Of a stretch of 64,000 bases of DNA, positions 1 through 10,011 are shown piece after piece. Made by a program: the position numbers and the translations under genes. The stretch's first letter is position 1. Each line of letters begins with the position of its first letter. This stretch comes from Bacteroidia bacterium (GTDB lineage Bacteria > Bacteroidota > Bacteroidia > CAIKAF01). The notes beneath the pieces were generated by a model, which worked only from the letters and a program-made list of their open reading frames with translations, did no database searches and had not been told where the DNA came from. The stretch covers positions 23,776-87,775 of the forward strand of contig JAUHWY010000005.1 in the NCBI GenBank assembly GCA_030427255.1, in the 5' to 3' direction.

Positions 1-417
1 TGGGCTCCTGACTTAATACACTGCCACGGTTGGATGACCTCACTGGTTGGAGTGTATCTTAAGAACCTTTACCAAAACGAGCCGGTATTCCAAAACACCA
101 AAGTCGTGCAAAGCCTTTATGCAACCGATGCATTTAGCAAGCCACTTAGGGAAAGTTTTCCGGAAAAGGTGCGCATGGAAGATATGACCGAGGAAACCTT
201 TAACCCTGAGGACACCAGTTATGCATCTGTACTAAAAGAGACGCTTAAATATGCCGACGCTCTAGTTGTAGGAGCAGAGCCTTTGGATTCAGAAATGCAA
301 AAACACATTGAGCAATTGAATATTCCTACGGCTACCATAAATCCCGAGGAGGATATTGTTGGTCCGGTGTTGGATTTGTATGAGCAGCTCATAGAAGACT
401 CGGTCCTTGCCGACTGA
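1..417 (+). CDS. Glycogen/starch synthase catalytic-domain protein (5'-truncated by the window)
   Basis: Frame is open from base 1 (WAPDLIHCHGWMTSL), a GT5-like DxIHxHxW motif; the position upstream of DUF4270-glmS is typical of Bacteroidota. Confidence 0.8.
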   Translation, partial: WAPDLIHCHGWMTSLVGVYLKNLYQNEPVFQNTKVVQSLYATDAFSKPLRESFPEKVRMEDMTEETFNPEDTSYASVLKETLKYADALVVGAEPLDSEMQKHIEQLNIPTATINPEEDIVGPVLDLYEQLIEDSVLAD

Positions 418-440
418 GTTCATCCTTTGATTTTTTTATG

Positions 441-471
441 CATCCCCGGGCAAGAAGTCCGGGGATGTTTC
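441..471 (+). terminator. Putative intrinsic terminator
   Basis: Stem CATCCCCGG/CCGGGGATG followed by TTT just after the ORF stop. Confidence 0.55.
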
Positions 472-575
472 GTTTGGTAGCGGAGGCTTGCCTAATTTTG
501 CGTTGATTTGTGCAAAAGAGGCAACCCCTACAAAAGAATTACCCTCTTGTATAACAGATGATTATTTTTGTGCCC

Positions 576-1910
576 ATGCGGCAAAGCCTTATTTCTATTC
601 ATACCATCGTTTGCCTCTCCCTATTGGCACTGTTTTCGTGTAGTGCCGACCAGGACTACGGCACGGGTTTAGTGCCGGCAGACCAATTTTTAAATGGAAC
701 TTTAGTCGACACCTTTGAGATAAAAGCCCGTGTCGTATCTGATGATACCATTCGCATGGATGAAGCCGGTGTGGGTATCCTAGGACAGTCTTACGACCCC
801 GTTTTTGGAAAGTGTAATGCCAGTTTTTACACCAATTTCTCGGTAGCCTCTCCGGTGCTCAGCTATGGGCCTAACCCACAAATAGACTCTGTAGTCTTGG
901 TTTTGCAATACGAAGATTTGTATGGCAACCGTACCAAGTTGTTTGGTTACCAAACCGTGAAAGTATATGAGCTTTTGGACCCTATTCCCGATCCTCCGGC
1001 TGAAGGCTTTACCAATTTTAATACCAATTTTGCTTTAAGCAACCTACCTGTAGGAGAACGGGGGTTTGCCCCGATATTCCCTTTGCAAGGAACAGACGGC
1101 CGCCTTTTCCGAATTCGGCTGGACAATGCGCTTGGCCAACGATTTTTGGACGCAGACAGCCTGAACAACAGCAATGTAGAGGATATTCTCAAGGGGCTTT
1201 ACCTGACCTGTGAAGCTCCGGGGCAGCAGCCGGGCGAAGGTGCCCTCATTAAATTCAATACCAAAGCGGCCGTTTCGGGAGTTTACGTTTACTACAGAAC
1301 AGACAACCAAGCCAATCAATTGGTTCGTACAACCAGCTCCGGCAATGGAAACGTAACCATTAATCAATCGGAATACGATAGAAGTACAGCGCAAGCAGAC
1401 CTACAAAGCAAAATAGACCAAACCGATTTTAATTATCAAAATCAACCGGACCTGTACATTCAACCTTTGCAAGGCCTGAGAATTTTTGTAGAAATTCCCC
1501 ACTTGTTGGAGCTGCAAAAATTGGGGAATATTGTGATAAATCGGGCCGAACTAATGGTTCCAATAAAGTTGGATGCTGCCGAGGACTATCCTTTACCGGC
1601 CACCTTAATTACCTACTATCCAAAACCCAACGGAGACTATGGTTTATTTTCGGACATCAACGGCATTGGAAATACCGGGGTCGATTTATTTTACGACGGA
1701 ATATACCGATCGTCTTTAGGAGGTTACCGCTTTAGGATTACCCAACACGTACAAGACTTACTGTCGGGTGACATTAGTCCGGACCCCGGTTTTTATATTG
1801 ATCACTCCATAACCGGAAAAGACGAAAGCTTTAGCCGGTTGGTGGTTCGAGGGCCATATGACCCGGAAACCCCCATGAAACTTTCCATTATTTACACCCT
1901 AGTAGATTAA
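576..1910 (+). CDS. DUF4270-family lipoprotein
   Basis: Lipobox-like LFSC after a hydrophobic leader; ~445 aa; lies immediately before glmS. Start placed at the second Met (576). Confidence 0.75.
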   Translation: MRQSLISIHTIVCLSLLALFSCSADQDYGTGLVPADQFLNGTLVDTFEIKARVVSDDTIRMDEAGVGILGQSYDPVFGKCNASFYTNFSVASPVLSYGPNPQIDSVVLVLQYEDLYGNRTKLFGYQTVKVYELLDPIPDPPAEGFTNFNTNFALSNLPVGERGFAPIFPLQGTDGRLFRIRLDNALGQRFLDADSLNNSNVEDILKGLYLTCEAPGQQPGEGALIKFNTKAAVSGVYVYYRTDNQANQLVRTTSSGNGNVTINQSEYDRSTAQADLQSKIDQTDFNYQNQPDLYIQPLQGLRIFVEIPHLLELQKLGNIVINRAELMVPIKLDAAEDYPLPATLITYYPKPNGDYGLFSDINGIGNTGVDLFYDGIYRSSLGGYRFRITQHVQDLLSGDISPDPGFYIDHSITGKDESFSRLVVRGPYDPETPMKLSIIYTLVD

Positions 1911-1914
1911 GCTT

Positions 1915-3756
1915 ATGTGTGGTATTGTTGGATATGTAGGAAAGCGTGAAGCATTTCCCATTTTAATTAAAGGGCTTCAACGCTTAGAGTATCGAGGGTA
2001 CGACAGTGCAGGTGTTGCCTTGCTTGAGGATAAAACCATCAATTTATACAAGTGCAAAGGAAAGGTTGCCGATTTGCAAGCCTTTACAGAAGGGAAGCCA
2101 ACAAAAGGCAGTCAAGGAATTGGACACACCCGTTGGGCCACCCATGGAGTACCCAACGACACCAATGCTCACCCGCATTATAGTGCCTCAGAAGAGCTAG
2201 TAATTATTCATAATGGCATTATAGAGAACTATAATGTCTTGAAAAAAGGCTTGGAAAAGAGGGGCTATGTTTTTCGGTCGGATACAGACACCGAAGTTCT
2301 GATTTTCCTTATCGAAGACATTCAAAAGCAATTAAAAACCAGCTTGGAAGAGTCGGTTCGATTGGCATTGAATGAAATTGTAGGGGCTTATGCTATTGTG
2401 CTCATGTCCAAACATGAGCCGGGCAAACTTATTGCGGCCAAAAAGGGAAGTCCCTTGGTGATAGGACTAGGAGAGGATGAATACTTTTTGGCCTCGGACG
2501 CCACCCCAATTGTGGAGTATACAAGGGAGGTGGTGTATCTTGAGGATGAAGAAATTGCTGTAGTGGAGCTGGGCAAGGATTTGCGGATGCGTACCATAGC
2601 CGACAAAGAGATTCAGCCTTATATCCAAGAGCTTCAGATTGAGTTGGAGCAATTGGAAAAAGGTGGCTTTGATCACTTCATGCTTAAGGAAATTTACGAG
2701 CAGCCGCGTTCGGTGCGTGACAGCATGCGTGGTCGATTGGATGTGCATACGGGGCGTGTTTCTTTAGGCGGTATTTTGGATTATGAAGCCCGTTTCGCTC
2801 AAGCCAAGCGGGTAATTATTGTAGCTTGTGGCACCAGTTGGCATGCCGGTTTGGTAGGCGAGTACCTTTTTGAAGACTTGGCTCGTATTCCTGTGGAGGT
2901 GGAGTATGCCTCTGAATTCAGGTACCGAAACCCTATTATTCAAGAAGGGGATATTGTAATCGCTATTTCGCAATCGGGAGAAACGGCAGACACTTTGGCG
3001 GCCATACAGCTTGCCCGACAAAAGGGTGCCACCATTATTGGCATCTGCAACGTGGTAGGATCTTCTATTGCAAGAGCCACTCATGCAGGGTCCTATACAC
3101 ACGCAGGACCGGAAATCGGGGTGGCTTCTACCAAAGCCTTTACGGCGCAAGTAACCGTTTTGACCCTAATGGCATTAATGGTAGGCCGTAAAAAAGGAGC
3201 TATTCAGGAAAGCAAGTACCGCGCTTTGCTGAACGAATTGGAAAACATTCCTGAATTGATCGCCCGTGTACTGAAGCAAGATGCAAACGTTCAAGCCATC
3301 AGTCACATTTATCAAAACGCCCGCAACTTTTTGTATTTGGGTAGAGGATATAATTTTCCTGTAGCCTTAGAAGGAGCGCTAAAGCTTAAAGAGATCAGCT
3401 ACATTCACGCGGAAGGCTATCCCGCAGCGGAAATGAAGCATGGTCCCATTGCATTAATTGACGAGGAAATGCCGGTGGTAGTAATTGCCACAAAAGGAGA
3501 CTCGTACGAAAAAATTGTGTCTAATGTGCAGGAGGTAAAGGCACGTGGGGGAAAGATTATTTCCATAGTAACGGAGGGCGATGTAGAAGTAGCGGCAATT
3601 TCAGATCATATCATTGAAATTCCGGAAACTCCTGATCCTATTTCGCCTTTGATTTCGGTGATTCCCTTGCAATTGCTTAGCTACCATATAGCCGTAATGC
3701 GTGGTTGCAATGTAGACCAGCCAAGGAATTTAGCAAAATCGGTTACCGTAGAATAA
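1915..3756 (+). CDS. glmS: Glutamine--fructose-6-phosphate transaminase (isomerizing)
   Basis: MCGIVG N-terminus, GHTRWATHG, two SIS domains, C-terminal PRNLAKSVTVE. Confidence 0.99.
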   Translation: MCGIVGYVGKREAFPILIKGLQRLEYRGYDSAGVALLEDKTINLYKCKGKVADLQAFTEGKPTKGSQGIGHTRWATHGVPNDTNAHPHYSASEELVIIHNGIIENYNVLKKGLEKRGYVFRSDTDTEVLIFLIEDIQKQLKTSLEESVRLALNEIVGAYAIVLMSKHEPGKLIAAKKGSPLVIGLGEDEYFLASDATPIVEYTREVVYLEDEEIAVVELGKDLRMRTIADKEIQPYIQELQIELEQLEKGGFDHFMLKEIYEQPRSVRDSMRGRLDVHTGRVSLGGILDYEARFAQAKRVIIVACGTSWHAGLVGEYLFEDLARIPVEVEYASEFRYRNPIIQEGDIVIAISQSGETADTLAAIQLARQKGATIIGICNVVGSSIARATHAGSYTHAGPEIGVASTKAFTAQVTVLTLMALMVGRKKGAIQESKYRALLNELENIPELIARVLKQDANVQAISHIYQNARNFLYLGRGYNFPVALEGALKLKEISYIHAEGYPAAEMKHGPIALIDEEMPVVVIATKGDSYEKIVSNVQEVKARGGKIISIVTEGDVEVAAISDHIIEIPETPDPISPLISVIPLQLLSYHIAVMRGCNVDQPRNLAKSVTVE

Positions 3757-3758
3757 AA

Positions 3759-4796
3759 CTAGAGCGATCCTGCCCAAAGCGAAAAGGCTTCCAGTTTTTC
3801 TGAGTTTCGCGACAACCAAGCGGCTGCGTTTTTATTGACCGATTGTAGGATAAAATAGCAAAATGTCTCCATATGGCCGGCCTTTTCCATTTGGGTAAAA
3901 AAGGGCAAATACAAGCCATACCAAGGGTCTTTTTTGTTTTTAGATGCCTTTTCTTGAAGATAGCCATACAGAGATTCGGAGACTTTCACGAACTGCTCTT
4001 CGGAGCTAACCTGCTCCTTTTCTAGGGCCTGAGCGAATCCGAAATGTATACTGAGGTACGGGCCTACTTTTTGGAACTCATTGTCGTGAAAGAGATTTTC
4101 CCTTAAAACTATGGTGATGCTTTTTCCGTCGTTCTCTCTTTTGGGCTGAATAGGGGCGTTTTTCAGGAACAAGGCCCATAGTGCTTCTGCTCCCTGTTTG
4201 GCTCGTGGGCCGGTAGGTTCCAAAAGCAAAAAGTATTGCAGAGCCATAAAGGCTTTTACCTGATTGTTTTTTTGCAGTTCTTGCAGTCCAAGCAGCAAAT
4301 GACCGGAGGGATGGGCGCTGTTGACCATTATTCCCTTTTGCAAATAGTCTATGGATTTATCTATTTCCTCCATTCGAGCGTAGGTCACGCCTAAGTTGAA
4401 GTAGAATAAATAGTTTTCCCCTTTTTTTCGGAGGGCCTTTTTGAGTAATTTGATGGATTCTTGGGCTTTACCGCTATAATCGAGGCAGGAGCTAACGGAT
4501 AGGTATGCTTCGGTATGGTATTCCCCCTTCTTGTTTTGCAACACCCGATTACCGGAAGCAATGCAGCAAGGATAATCGTTCATAGCGGCACAAGTGAGCG
4601 ACTTTTCGTAGTGGAGCAAAGAAGACTCAGGAAACTCTACCAAGAGGCTGTTGTAACGTTCTAAGGCTTCGGTATAGCGGCCTTGATCGTGCCATTCTAT
4701 GGCTTCATAGACTTTAGAAGAGTCTAAGGTTTGAGCCAAGGAATCAGAAATAGAGAAGATTGTTGTAAGAAAGGGAAAGAGAAAAAATAGACGCAT
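3759..4796 (-). CDS. Exported tetratricopeptide-repeat protein
   Basis: Signal peptide followed by TPR-like helices (YFNLGVTYARMEEIDKSIDYLQKGI). Confidence 0.8.
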   Translation of the reverse strand: MRLFFLFPFLTTIFSISDSLAQTLDSSKVYEAIEWHDQGRYTEALERYNSLLVEFPESSLLHYEKSLTCAAMNDYPCCIASGNRVLQNKKGEYHTEAYLSVSSCLDYSGKAQESIKLLKKALRKKGENYLFYFNLGVTYARMEEIDKSIDYLQKGIMVNSAHPSGHLLLGLQELQKNNQVKAFMALQYFLLLEPTGPRAKQGAEALWALFLKNAPIQPKRENDGKSITIVLRENLFHDNEFQKVGPYLSIHFGFAQALEKEQVSSEEQFVKVSESLYGYLQEKASKNKKDPWYGLYLPFFTQMEKAGHMETFCYFILQSVNKNAAAWLSRNSEKLEAFSLWAGSL

Positions 4797-4856
4797 GGAT
4801 GGTACATTAAAGGTGTGATTGATTCAAATATAAAAAAAATACCACACGGAGCTTAA

Positions 4857-4999
4857 GGGCCAGGGATGGAGGCGGCACCCCGCAACAGGAGGGGGTTTGC
4901 TGTAAGGAGCTTAGGCGCGGCGGAGCGCAGCAAGCCCCGTCTAAGCCCGCCACAGCACCCCCTTCTGTTGTGGAGTATAGCCGAGAGCCCGTTTGGCCC
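4857..4999 (+). repeat. Intergenic palindromic element (Flavo-1-like family), copy A
   Basis: GGCCAGGGATGGAGGCGG...TATAGCCGAGAGCCCG..GGCC enclosing a long hairpin with a GCGCAGCAAGC apex. Confidence 0.6.
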
Positions 5000-5051
5000 C
5001 CAAATTAACCCTTATTAAAACCCTAGAAAAGGGATAGCTTGACAGAATCAT

Positions 5052-5059
5052 TACCTTTG
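5052..5059 (+). promoter_or_regulatory. Bacteroidota -7 promoter element for sodA
   Basis: TACCTTTG matches TAnnTTTG, 57 nt before the ATG. Confidence 0.55.
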
Positions 5060-5115
5060 TAAGTGAACCCTTTGTGAAAACAGAGGTTGTGTAACTAAAT
5101 AAAAACAACAGAGAT

Positions 5116-5718
5116 ATGGCCTTTGAACTAGCCCCTTTACCTTATGCTTTTGACGCCCTGGAACCGCACATGGATGCGCGTACTATGGAAATTCACCACG
5201 ACAAGCACCATGCGGGATATACCAACAATTTGAATGCTGCGATTGAAGGTACCGCACTGGCTTCTGCCGGTATTGAAGACATTTTGGCGCAGGTTTCTAA
5301 ACATCCTGCCGGCTTGCGTAATAATGCAGGAGGTTATTGGAACCACAATTTATTTTGGAATGTAATGAGTCCCAAAGGCGGTGGTACGCCGGGTGGCGAA
5401 GTTGGCGATGCCATTAAAAAGACTTGGGGAAGCTTTGATGCCTTTAAGGAGGAGTTTTCGACGGCGGCTAAAACCCGCTTTGGGTCCGGGTGGGCTTGGC
5501 TAGTAAAGCAAGACGGAAACTTGGTGGTAACTTCCAGCCCAAACCAAGACAACCCCTTGATGGATGATGCGCCCGTGAAAGGAACGCCTATTTTGGGTCT
5601 TGATGTGTGGGAACATGCTTACTATTTGCATTACCAAAACCGTCGTCCTGATTATGTGGCCGCGTTTTGGAATGTAATTAACTGGGATTATGTAAACGAG
5701 CTTTACAAGAACGCCTAA
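5116..5718 (+). CDS. sodA: Fe/Mn superoxide dismutase
   Basis: [26 protein letters not shown] and DVWEHAYY motifs. Confidence 0.97.
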   Translation: MAFELAPLPYAFDALEPHMDARTMEIHHDKHHAGYTNNLNAAIEGTALASAGIEDILAQVSKHPAGLRNNAGGYWNHNLFWNVMSPKGGGTPGGEVGDAIKKTWGSFDAFKEEFSTAAKTRFGSGWAWLVKQDGNLVVTSSPNQDNPLMDDAPVKGTPILGLDVWEHAYYLHYQNRRPDYVAAFWNVINWDYVNELYKNA

Positions 5719-5740
5719 TTTTTAGTTGGGATAATTGAAG

Positions 5741-5768
5741 AAACGCCGGTCTACCGGCGTTTTTTTTT
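5741..5768 (+). terminator. Intrinsic terminator of sodA
   Basis: AACGCCGGT-CT-ACCGGCGTT followed by a long T run. Confidence 0.85.
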
Positions 5769-5802
5769 GCCTTAGGGAGAGGTATTTTAAGATATTTGTG
5801 GC

Positions 5803-6561
5803 ATGAAATCGGTGTTTCGGCAAGTTCAAACCCTATTTCCGGGCTTGCACAATGTCCGGTTTGACCTGAAGTTTTGGCGTATGGGGCTAAATGGCAAGCC
5901 ACATGAGCCGGACTTTGCTGCACTTGCAGATTTTGAATTTTCTGCCGAGGAGGTAGCCTTGGATGTAGGCGCAAACCGGGGAGAAGCCCATTGGTCGATG
6001 CGATTGTTTTTGCCCAAAAGCATGGCAATCCATTCCTTTGAGCCCAATCCGCTGGTGGCCAAGCTGCTACAAGACCGTGTAGGTAGGTGGCCGGGAGCTC
6101 TGGTGCACCCTTACGGCTTAGGAGCAACAGTTGGTGAGCGTAATTTGTATGTGCCGTATTACCGCAAATGGATGTTTGACGGACTAGCCTCTTTTGATCA
6201 GGAAGAGGCCGGGAGCTGGCTGCAAAGCAGACTTTGGGGCTACAAGAGCCGTCTCTTTCGGATGGAGGTTGTAAGCTGTCGACAAGAAATGTTGGATGCC
6301 TTGGAACTTCCGGCCGGAATAATAAAGCTAGACGTGCAAGGCTGGGAGCATGAAGTATTGAAAGGTGGCTGGGAAACACTAAAAAAGCACTTGCCTGTAT
6401 TGATGGTTGAAGATTTGCCACGTGCGCTTATTCCTGACCTTGAAGCATTGGGATATGTCTTGTGGTACTGGGAAAAAGGCCTTTGGAAGTCAGGCAGATC
6501 GGAAATAAACACCTTTGCTGTGCCTAAGCATCGTTGGAAAAAGGGGAAGGCTCCCTTTTGA
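5803..6561 (+). CDS. FkbM-family methyltransferase
   Basis: LDVGANRG, SFEPNP and IKLDVQGWEHEVLKG motifs. Confidence 0.9.
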   Translation: MKSVFRQVQTLFPGLHNVRFDLKFWRMGLNGKPHEPDFAALADFEFSAEEVALDVGANRGEAHWSMRLFLPKSMAIHSFEPNPLVAKLLQDRVGRWPGALVHPYGLGATVGERNLYVPYYRKWMFDGLASFDQEEAGSWLQSRLWGYKSRLFRMEVVSCRQEMLDALELPAGIIKLDVQGWEHEVLKGGWETLKKHLPVLMVEDLPRALIPDLEALGYVLWYWEKGLWKSGRSEINTFAVPKHRWKKGKAPF

Positions 6562-7039
6562 GCCAAATGAGCTTGCCTTCTTTTCGATGCAGGCTTAATC
6601 CTGCTTTTTGAGCCAATTTAAGGGAGGCGGGATTTCCCTGTAACACACAAGCGCAAAGTTCCAATTGCTTGGGCAAAATAGCTCCAACGGTAGTGAGCAA
6701 AAGGCTACCTATGCCTTTTCCCCGAAACTTTGGTGCAACGGTCCAGCTAAGTTCAATAGAGCCATCCGGTCTTTGATCTAAGCGAAAAGAAGCAAGGTCT
6801 TCATTTGCCATGGAGGCAATAAGTAAAAGTCGCGAAGGGTTGTTCAAGGTGTTTTTGAGCCATTGGTGGTGCTTGTCGGGGGCTATTTCTTCTGGGGAGA
6901 TAGACTGTTTTCGGGTTTCGGGGTCGTTGCGCAGGGAAAGAAGCCATGCGGCATCTTTCATTTCTGCTTTTCTAAAAGAAAGTTTTGTGTTGGATCGAGA
7001 GAAAAAAAGCTCTTCTAAATGCTTAGGCAGTGGGTTCAT
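6524..7039 (-). CDS. GNAT N-acetyltransferase (PseH-like)
   Basis: Acetyl-CoA motif FRGKGIG, NPASLKL, N-terminal LRNDPETR; translationally coupled to the PseG-like gene. Confidence 0.8.
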   Translation of the reverse strand: MNPLPKHLEELFFSRSNTKLSFRKAEMKDAAWLLSLRNDPETRKQSISPEEIAPDKHHQWLKNTLNNPSRLLLIASMANEDLASFRLDQRPDGSIELSWTVAPKFRGKGIGSLLLTTVGAILPKQLELCACVLQGNPASLKLAQKAGLSLHRKEGKLIWLKREPSPFSNDA

Positions 7040-8021
7040 AAGGTATTTTTAACCAGTTTGGGAAGGCTTGCCAAGGTTTAGGCAAAGGGCGAGGAGGGGG
7101 AGAAGACCAATGGTCTAGGCGAGCTAAGGCGCCCAGAAAGTCTTGTGCGGACACCTTTTCCCATGAACCTAACTGTTGCACCCCGGGGAAGTCCTGTAGG
7201 CGTTGTGCGAGCAGGCTTTGGTTTTGAGCCGTGATGCCGGTGAGAAGAGGTACTCCGGCTGCCAAGGCCTCAAGAGCCAAGGTACTGGATGGTACAATAG
7301 CCACGGCAGATGCGCGCATTAAAGAAGCCATGGCATGGGCTGTTTGCTGTGCAAATGCAGCTATTTTGAGGTTAGGAAATCGCTTTGCCACAAAAGCAGC
7401 TTCAGCGGGGTTAGGACAAATTACACGCACAGGCTTTGCATATTCGGATTCGTGCAGCCATTGCAAGCATTTTTGGAGCTGTCCACCGGATGCGGTGCCT
7501 CCGAAACAAAGAAACAGTCCTTCTCCAAATTCGGGAGGGTTGGCAATGAGGGAAGGAAAGGGAGACCTGAGCAGGAGCCACTCTAGGCCCAAAAGCCAAT
7601 GCTTAGGTTTAGGCGTTTCGGCAGGGAAGTCTTTGGGCGTTAAGTTTGGGCAATGGTTTAGCAGGGCAAATGGAGCGAGAGCTTGGTCAGGCAAGTCGTT
7701 GATTTGAATTGTACCCATATCAGCCGCCTTAAGGGCATCAAGGTAGGGCTGATTAAGCCCATAATGATCTATAATGACCCAATCTCCCGGGCTCAACTGG
7801 GGAACCAGAGATCGGGCTGAGTCGAAGCTAAAAGCTTCCGGGACCAGAAGTTGCTGGCTTAGGCCTAGTTTTAAGGCGGCTTCGGCCGAAGAGGCACTTA
7901 GTAAGAAGTGAACTTGCCCATAAGTACCCAAACGGTCTGCAAGTGCCATGCAACGGGCTAGGTGTCCCAACCCAATATGGGCATTGCCGTCTGTCCTCAA
8001 AAAAAACCTTGGTTTTTGCAT
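7023..8021 (-). CDS. PseG/SpsG-like nucleotide-sugar hydrolase (GT-B fold)
   Basis: RTDGNAHIGLGHLARCMALA, IIDHY, LCFGG and TAQNQ motifs. Confidence 0.8.
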   Translation of the reverse strand: MQKPRFFLRTDGNAHIGLGHLARCMALADRLGTYGQVHFLLSASSAEAALKLGLSQQLLVPEAFSFDSARSLVPQLSPGDWVIIDHYGLNQPYLDALKAADMGTIQINDLPDQALAPFALLNHCPNLTPKDFPAETPKPKHWLLGLEWLLLRSPFPSLIANPPEFGEGLFLCFGGTASGGQLQKCLQWLHESEYAKPVRVICPNPAEAAFVAKRFPNLKIAAFAQQTAHAMASLMRASAVAIVPSSTLALEALAAGVPLLTGITAQNQSLLAQRLQDFPGVQQLGSWEKVSAQDFLGALARLDHWSSPPPRPLPKPWQAFPNWLKIPYEPTA

Positions 8022-8063
8022 AAGGCTTAAAAATAGCGAATCCCGTGCATCAAATACAATTGG

Positions 8064-9197
8064 TTAGCGGGCTTTGTCCCACAGCGCCGACTGCTTTCCT
8101 TTGAGGTGCCTAAAGAATCCGACAGGAATGGCAGCATGCATGAGCACAAAATAGAAGGGGGTTTTGAACAGAGCAGGCAAGGCGCGGCTTTTATGGCCCA
8201 GGAATCCAACAAGGGCCAATCCATAAAATGCCATTTGGAGGCAAGCTAAAAGCCCCCAAAAAAAGTGGGAGGTCATAAGGAGTAAGCATAGGGCAAAAAA
8301 GAGCAGGAGTGCCCAAGGGGCAAAAAGCCATCTAAGCAATCGTCTGGAGAAAAACTGGAACCAGGGCAGCGGGTAACGGAAGGGTTTATAAAATAAACGA
8401 AGGCGCGGCATGGATTGAAACGCACCGGCTGCAATTCTGATTTTTCGTTTCCATTCTGCCGCAATGGAAGGGCTAGGGTCTTCGGAAGCCTTGGCTTCTG
8501 CGGCATAGTCAACCCGAAAGCCTTGTTCAATGATTCTAACGGACAGCACAAAATCGTCGAGAATGGCATCTATTTCCAAGTTACGGAACAGGCTTGCCCT
8601 AAAAGCAAAAAGCTCTCCGGCTGCGCCCACTAAGGTATACAATCCGGCGTCCTTGCGTTTTAGCCAGCTTTCGTATTTCCAATAAAGCCCCTCTTGGGCT
8701 TGGGCTTTTCCGGGTTGATTGCGTACCAGTTTTTCTCCTGACACACCACCGACTTTAGGGTTTGAAAAAGGGCGAGCTAGGGCTTTTAAGGCTTGGGGGT
8801 TTAAAGAAGTGTTTGCATCGGTTATTACAAGAATAGGGAATTGAGCAAAAGGAACGGCCCGGTTTATGGCAGCCGCTTTTCCTGCTCTTTGGGGCTTGTG
8901 AAGCACCTGTACTTTTTTGGGCCAGGGCATTGATTCTGACCCATCGTTAGAACCATCCGTTACAAGGAGAATTTGAAGTTTATTGGGAGGGTATTCTAAG
9001 TCAAGGCAGTTTTGAAGTTTTTCATGGAGCCAATTGGCTTCATTGAAGGCGGGGACGATAAGGGTAATGCCCGGCCACTCTTTAGGGTCGGCTATAGGAC
9101 TTTTTTGTTTAAAAAATGAAACACTCCAAGCCAAAAGCCCGTAACCAAGATAGGTGTAGAACAGTAAAACCAACAAAACAATGGCCAGAAGCTCCAT
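8064..9197 (-). CDS. Family 2 glycosyltransferase with membrane segments
   Basis: IVPAFNE, DGSNDGS, GKAAAIN, TDAN, DDF and KRKIRIAAG motifs; N- and C-terminal transmembrane helices. Confidence 0.9.
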   Translation of the reverse strand: MELLAIVLLVLLFYTYLGYGLLAWSVSFFKQKSPIADPKEWPGITLIVPAFNEANWLHEKLQNCLDLEYPPNKLQILLVTDGSNDGSESMPWPKKVQVLHKPQRAGKAAAINRAVPFAQFPILVITDANTSLNPQALKALARPFSNPKVGGVSGEKLVRNQPGKAQAQEGLYWKYESWLKRKDAGLYTLVGAAGELFAFRASLFRNLEIDAILDDFVLSVRIIEQGFRVDYAAEAKASEDPSPSIAAEWKRKIRIAAGAFQSMPRLRLFYKPFRYPLPWFQFFSRRLLRWLFAPWALLLFFALCLLLMTSHFFWGLLACLQMAFYGLALVGFLGHKSRALPALFKTPFYFVLMHAAIPVGFFRHLKGKQSALWDKAR

Positions 9198-9255
9198 GGG
9201 TCAAAGGTACGAGTTCGGAGCAAAGGCGGGATATTAGGTTGGTCTGTGTACTTTA

Positions 9256-10011
9256 GTGCAAATTATTGCTTTGAACTACCTGGAAAATTTCGGACGATAT
9301 TGTTTGTTGATGTTCCGTGCCTTTAGGCAACCCGGCCGTAACAGGTTTTTTAGGGAGCAGTTGGTTCGGGAAATAGACAGCTTAGGCGTTGGCTCGGTAG
9401 GCATTATTGCCATCATATCCCTGTTTATGGGAGCTGTAATTGCCATTCAAATGGCGGCCAATATAGAGAGCCCGCTTATTCCTATGTATACGGTGGGCTA
9501 CGCAACAAGGGAGTCGGTAATTTTGGAATTTTCGTCTACGGTAATTGCCTTAATATTGGCAGGGAAAGTAGGCTCAAATATAGCCTCTGAGATTGGCACC
9601 ATGCGGGTTTCTGAGCAAATCGATGCTTTAGAGATTATGGGGGTAAACTCTGCCGGCTATTTGATTTTGCCCAAAATTACGGCGGCTTTACTCATTAACC
9701 CTATTTTGACATTAATGAGTATGTTTTTGGGTGTTTGGGGAGGTTTTTTTGCTTGCACTTTGACCGGATTGCTTGACAGCCCCACTTACATTCAGGGTAT
9801 AACCTTGGACTTTAGGCCCTATCATTTGGTATACTCGCTAATCAAAAGCTTGGTATTTGCCTTTATAATTACCTCTGTTGCCTCTTTTAGAGGGTACTAT
9901 GTGCGAGGAGGAAGTAGAGAAGTAGGCCAAACCAGCACGCGTGCGGTTGTGAACTCGAGTATTAGCATTTTGCTTTGGAACCTCATTTTAACTCGACTGC
10001 TGCTGTTATGA
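9256..10011 (+). CDS. mlaE: MlaE-family ABC transporter permease
   Basis: AGKVGSNIASEIGTMRVSEQIDALEIMG signature. Confidence 0.93.
   Translation: MQIIALNYLENFGRYCLLMFRAFRQPGRNRFFREQLVREIDSLGVGSVGIIAIISLFMGAVIAIQMAANIESPLIPMYTVGYATRESVILEFSSTVIALILAGKVGSNIASEIGTMRVSEQIDALEIMGVNSAGYLILPKITAALLINPILTLMSMFLGVWGGFFACTLTGLLDSPTYIQGITLDFRPYHLVYSLIKSLVFAFIITSVASFRGYYVRGGSREVGQTSTRAVVNSSISILLWNLILTRLLLL

Noticed and set aside
3759..4796. TPR protein as a second peptide receptor
   Set aside because: It has a signal peptide and no adjacent small peptide gene.
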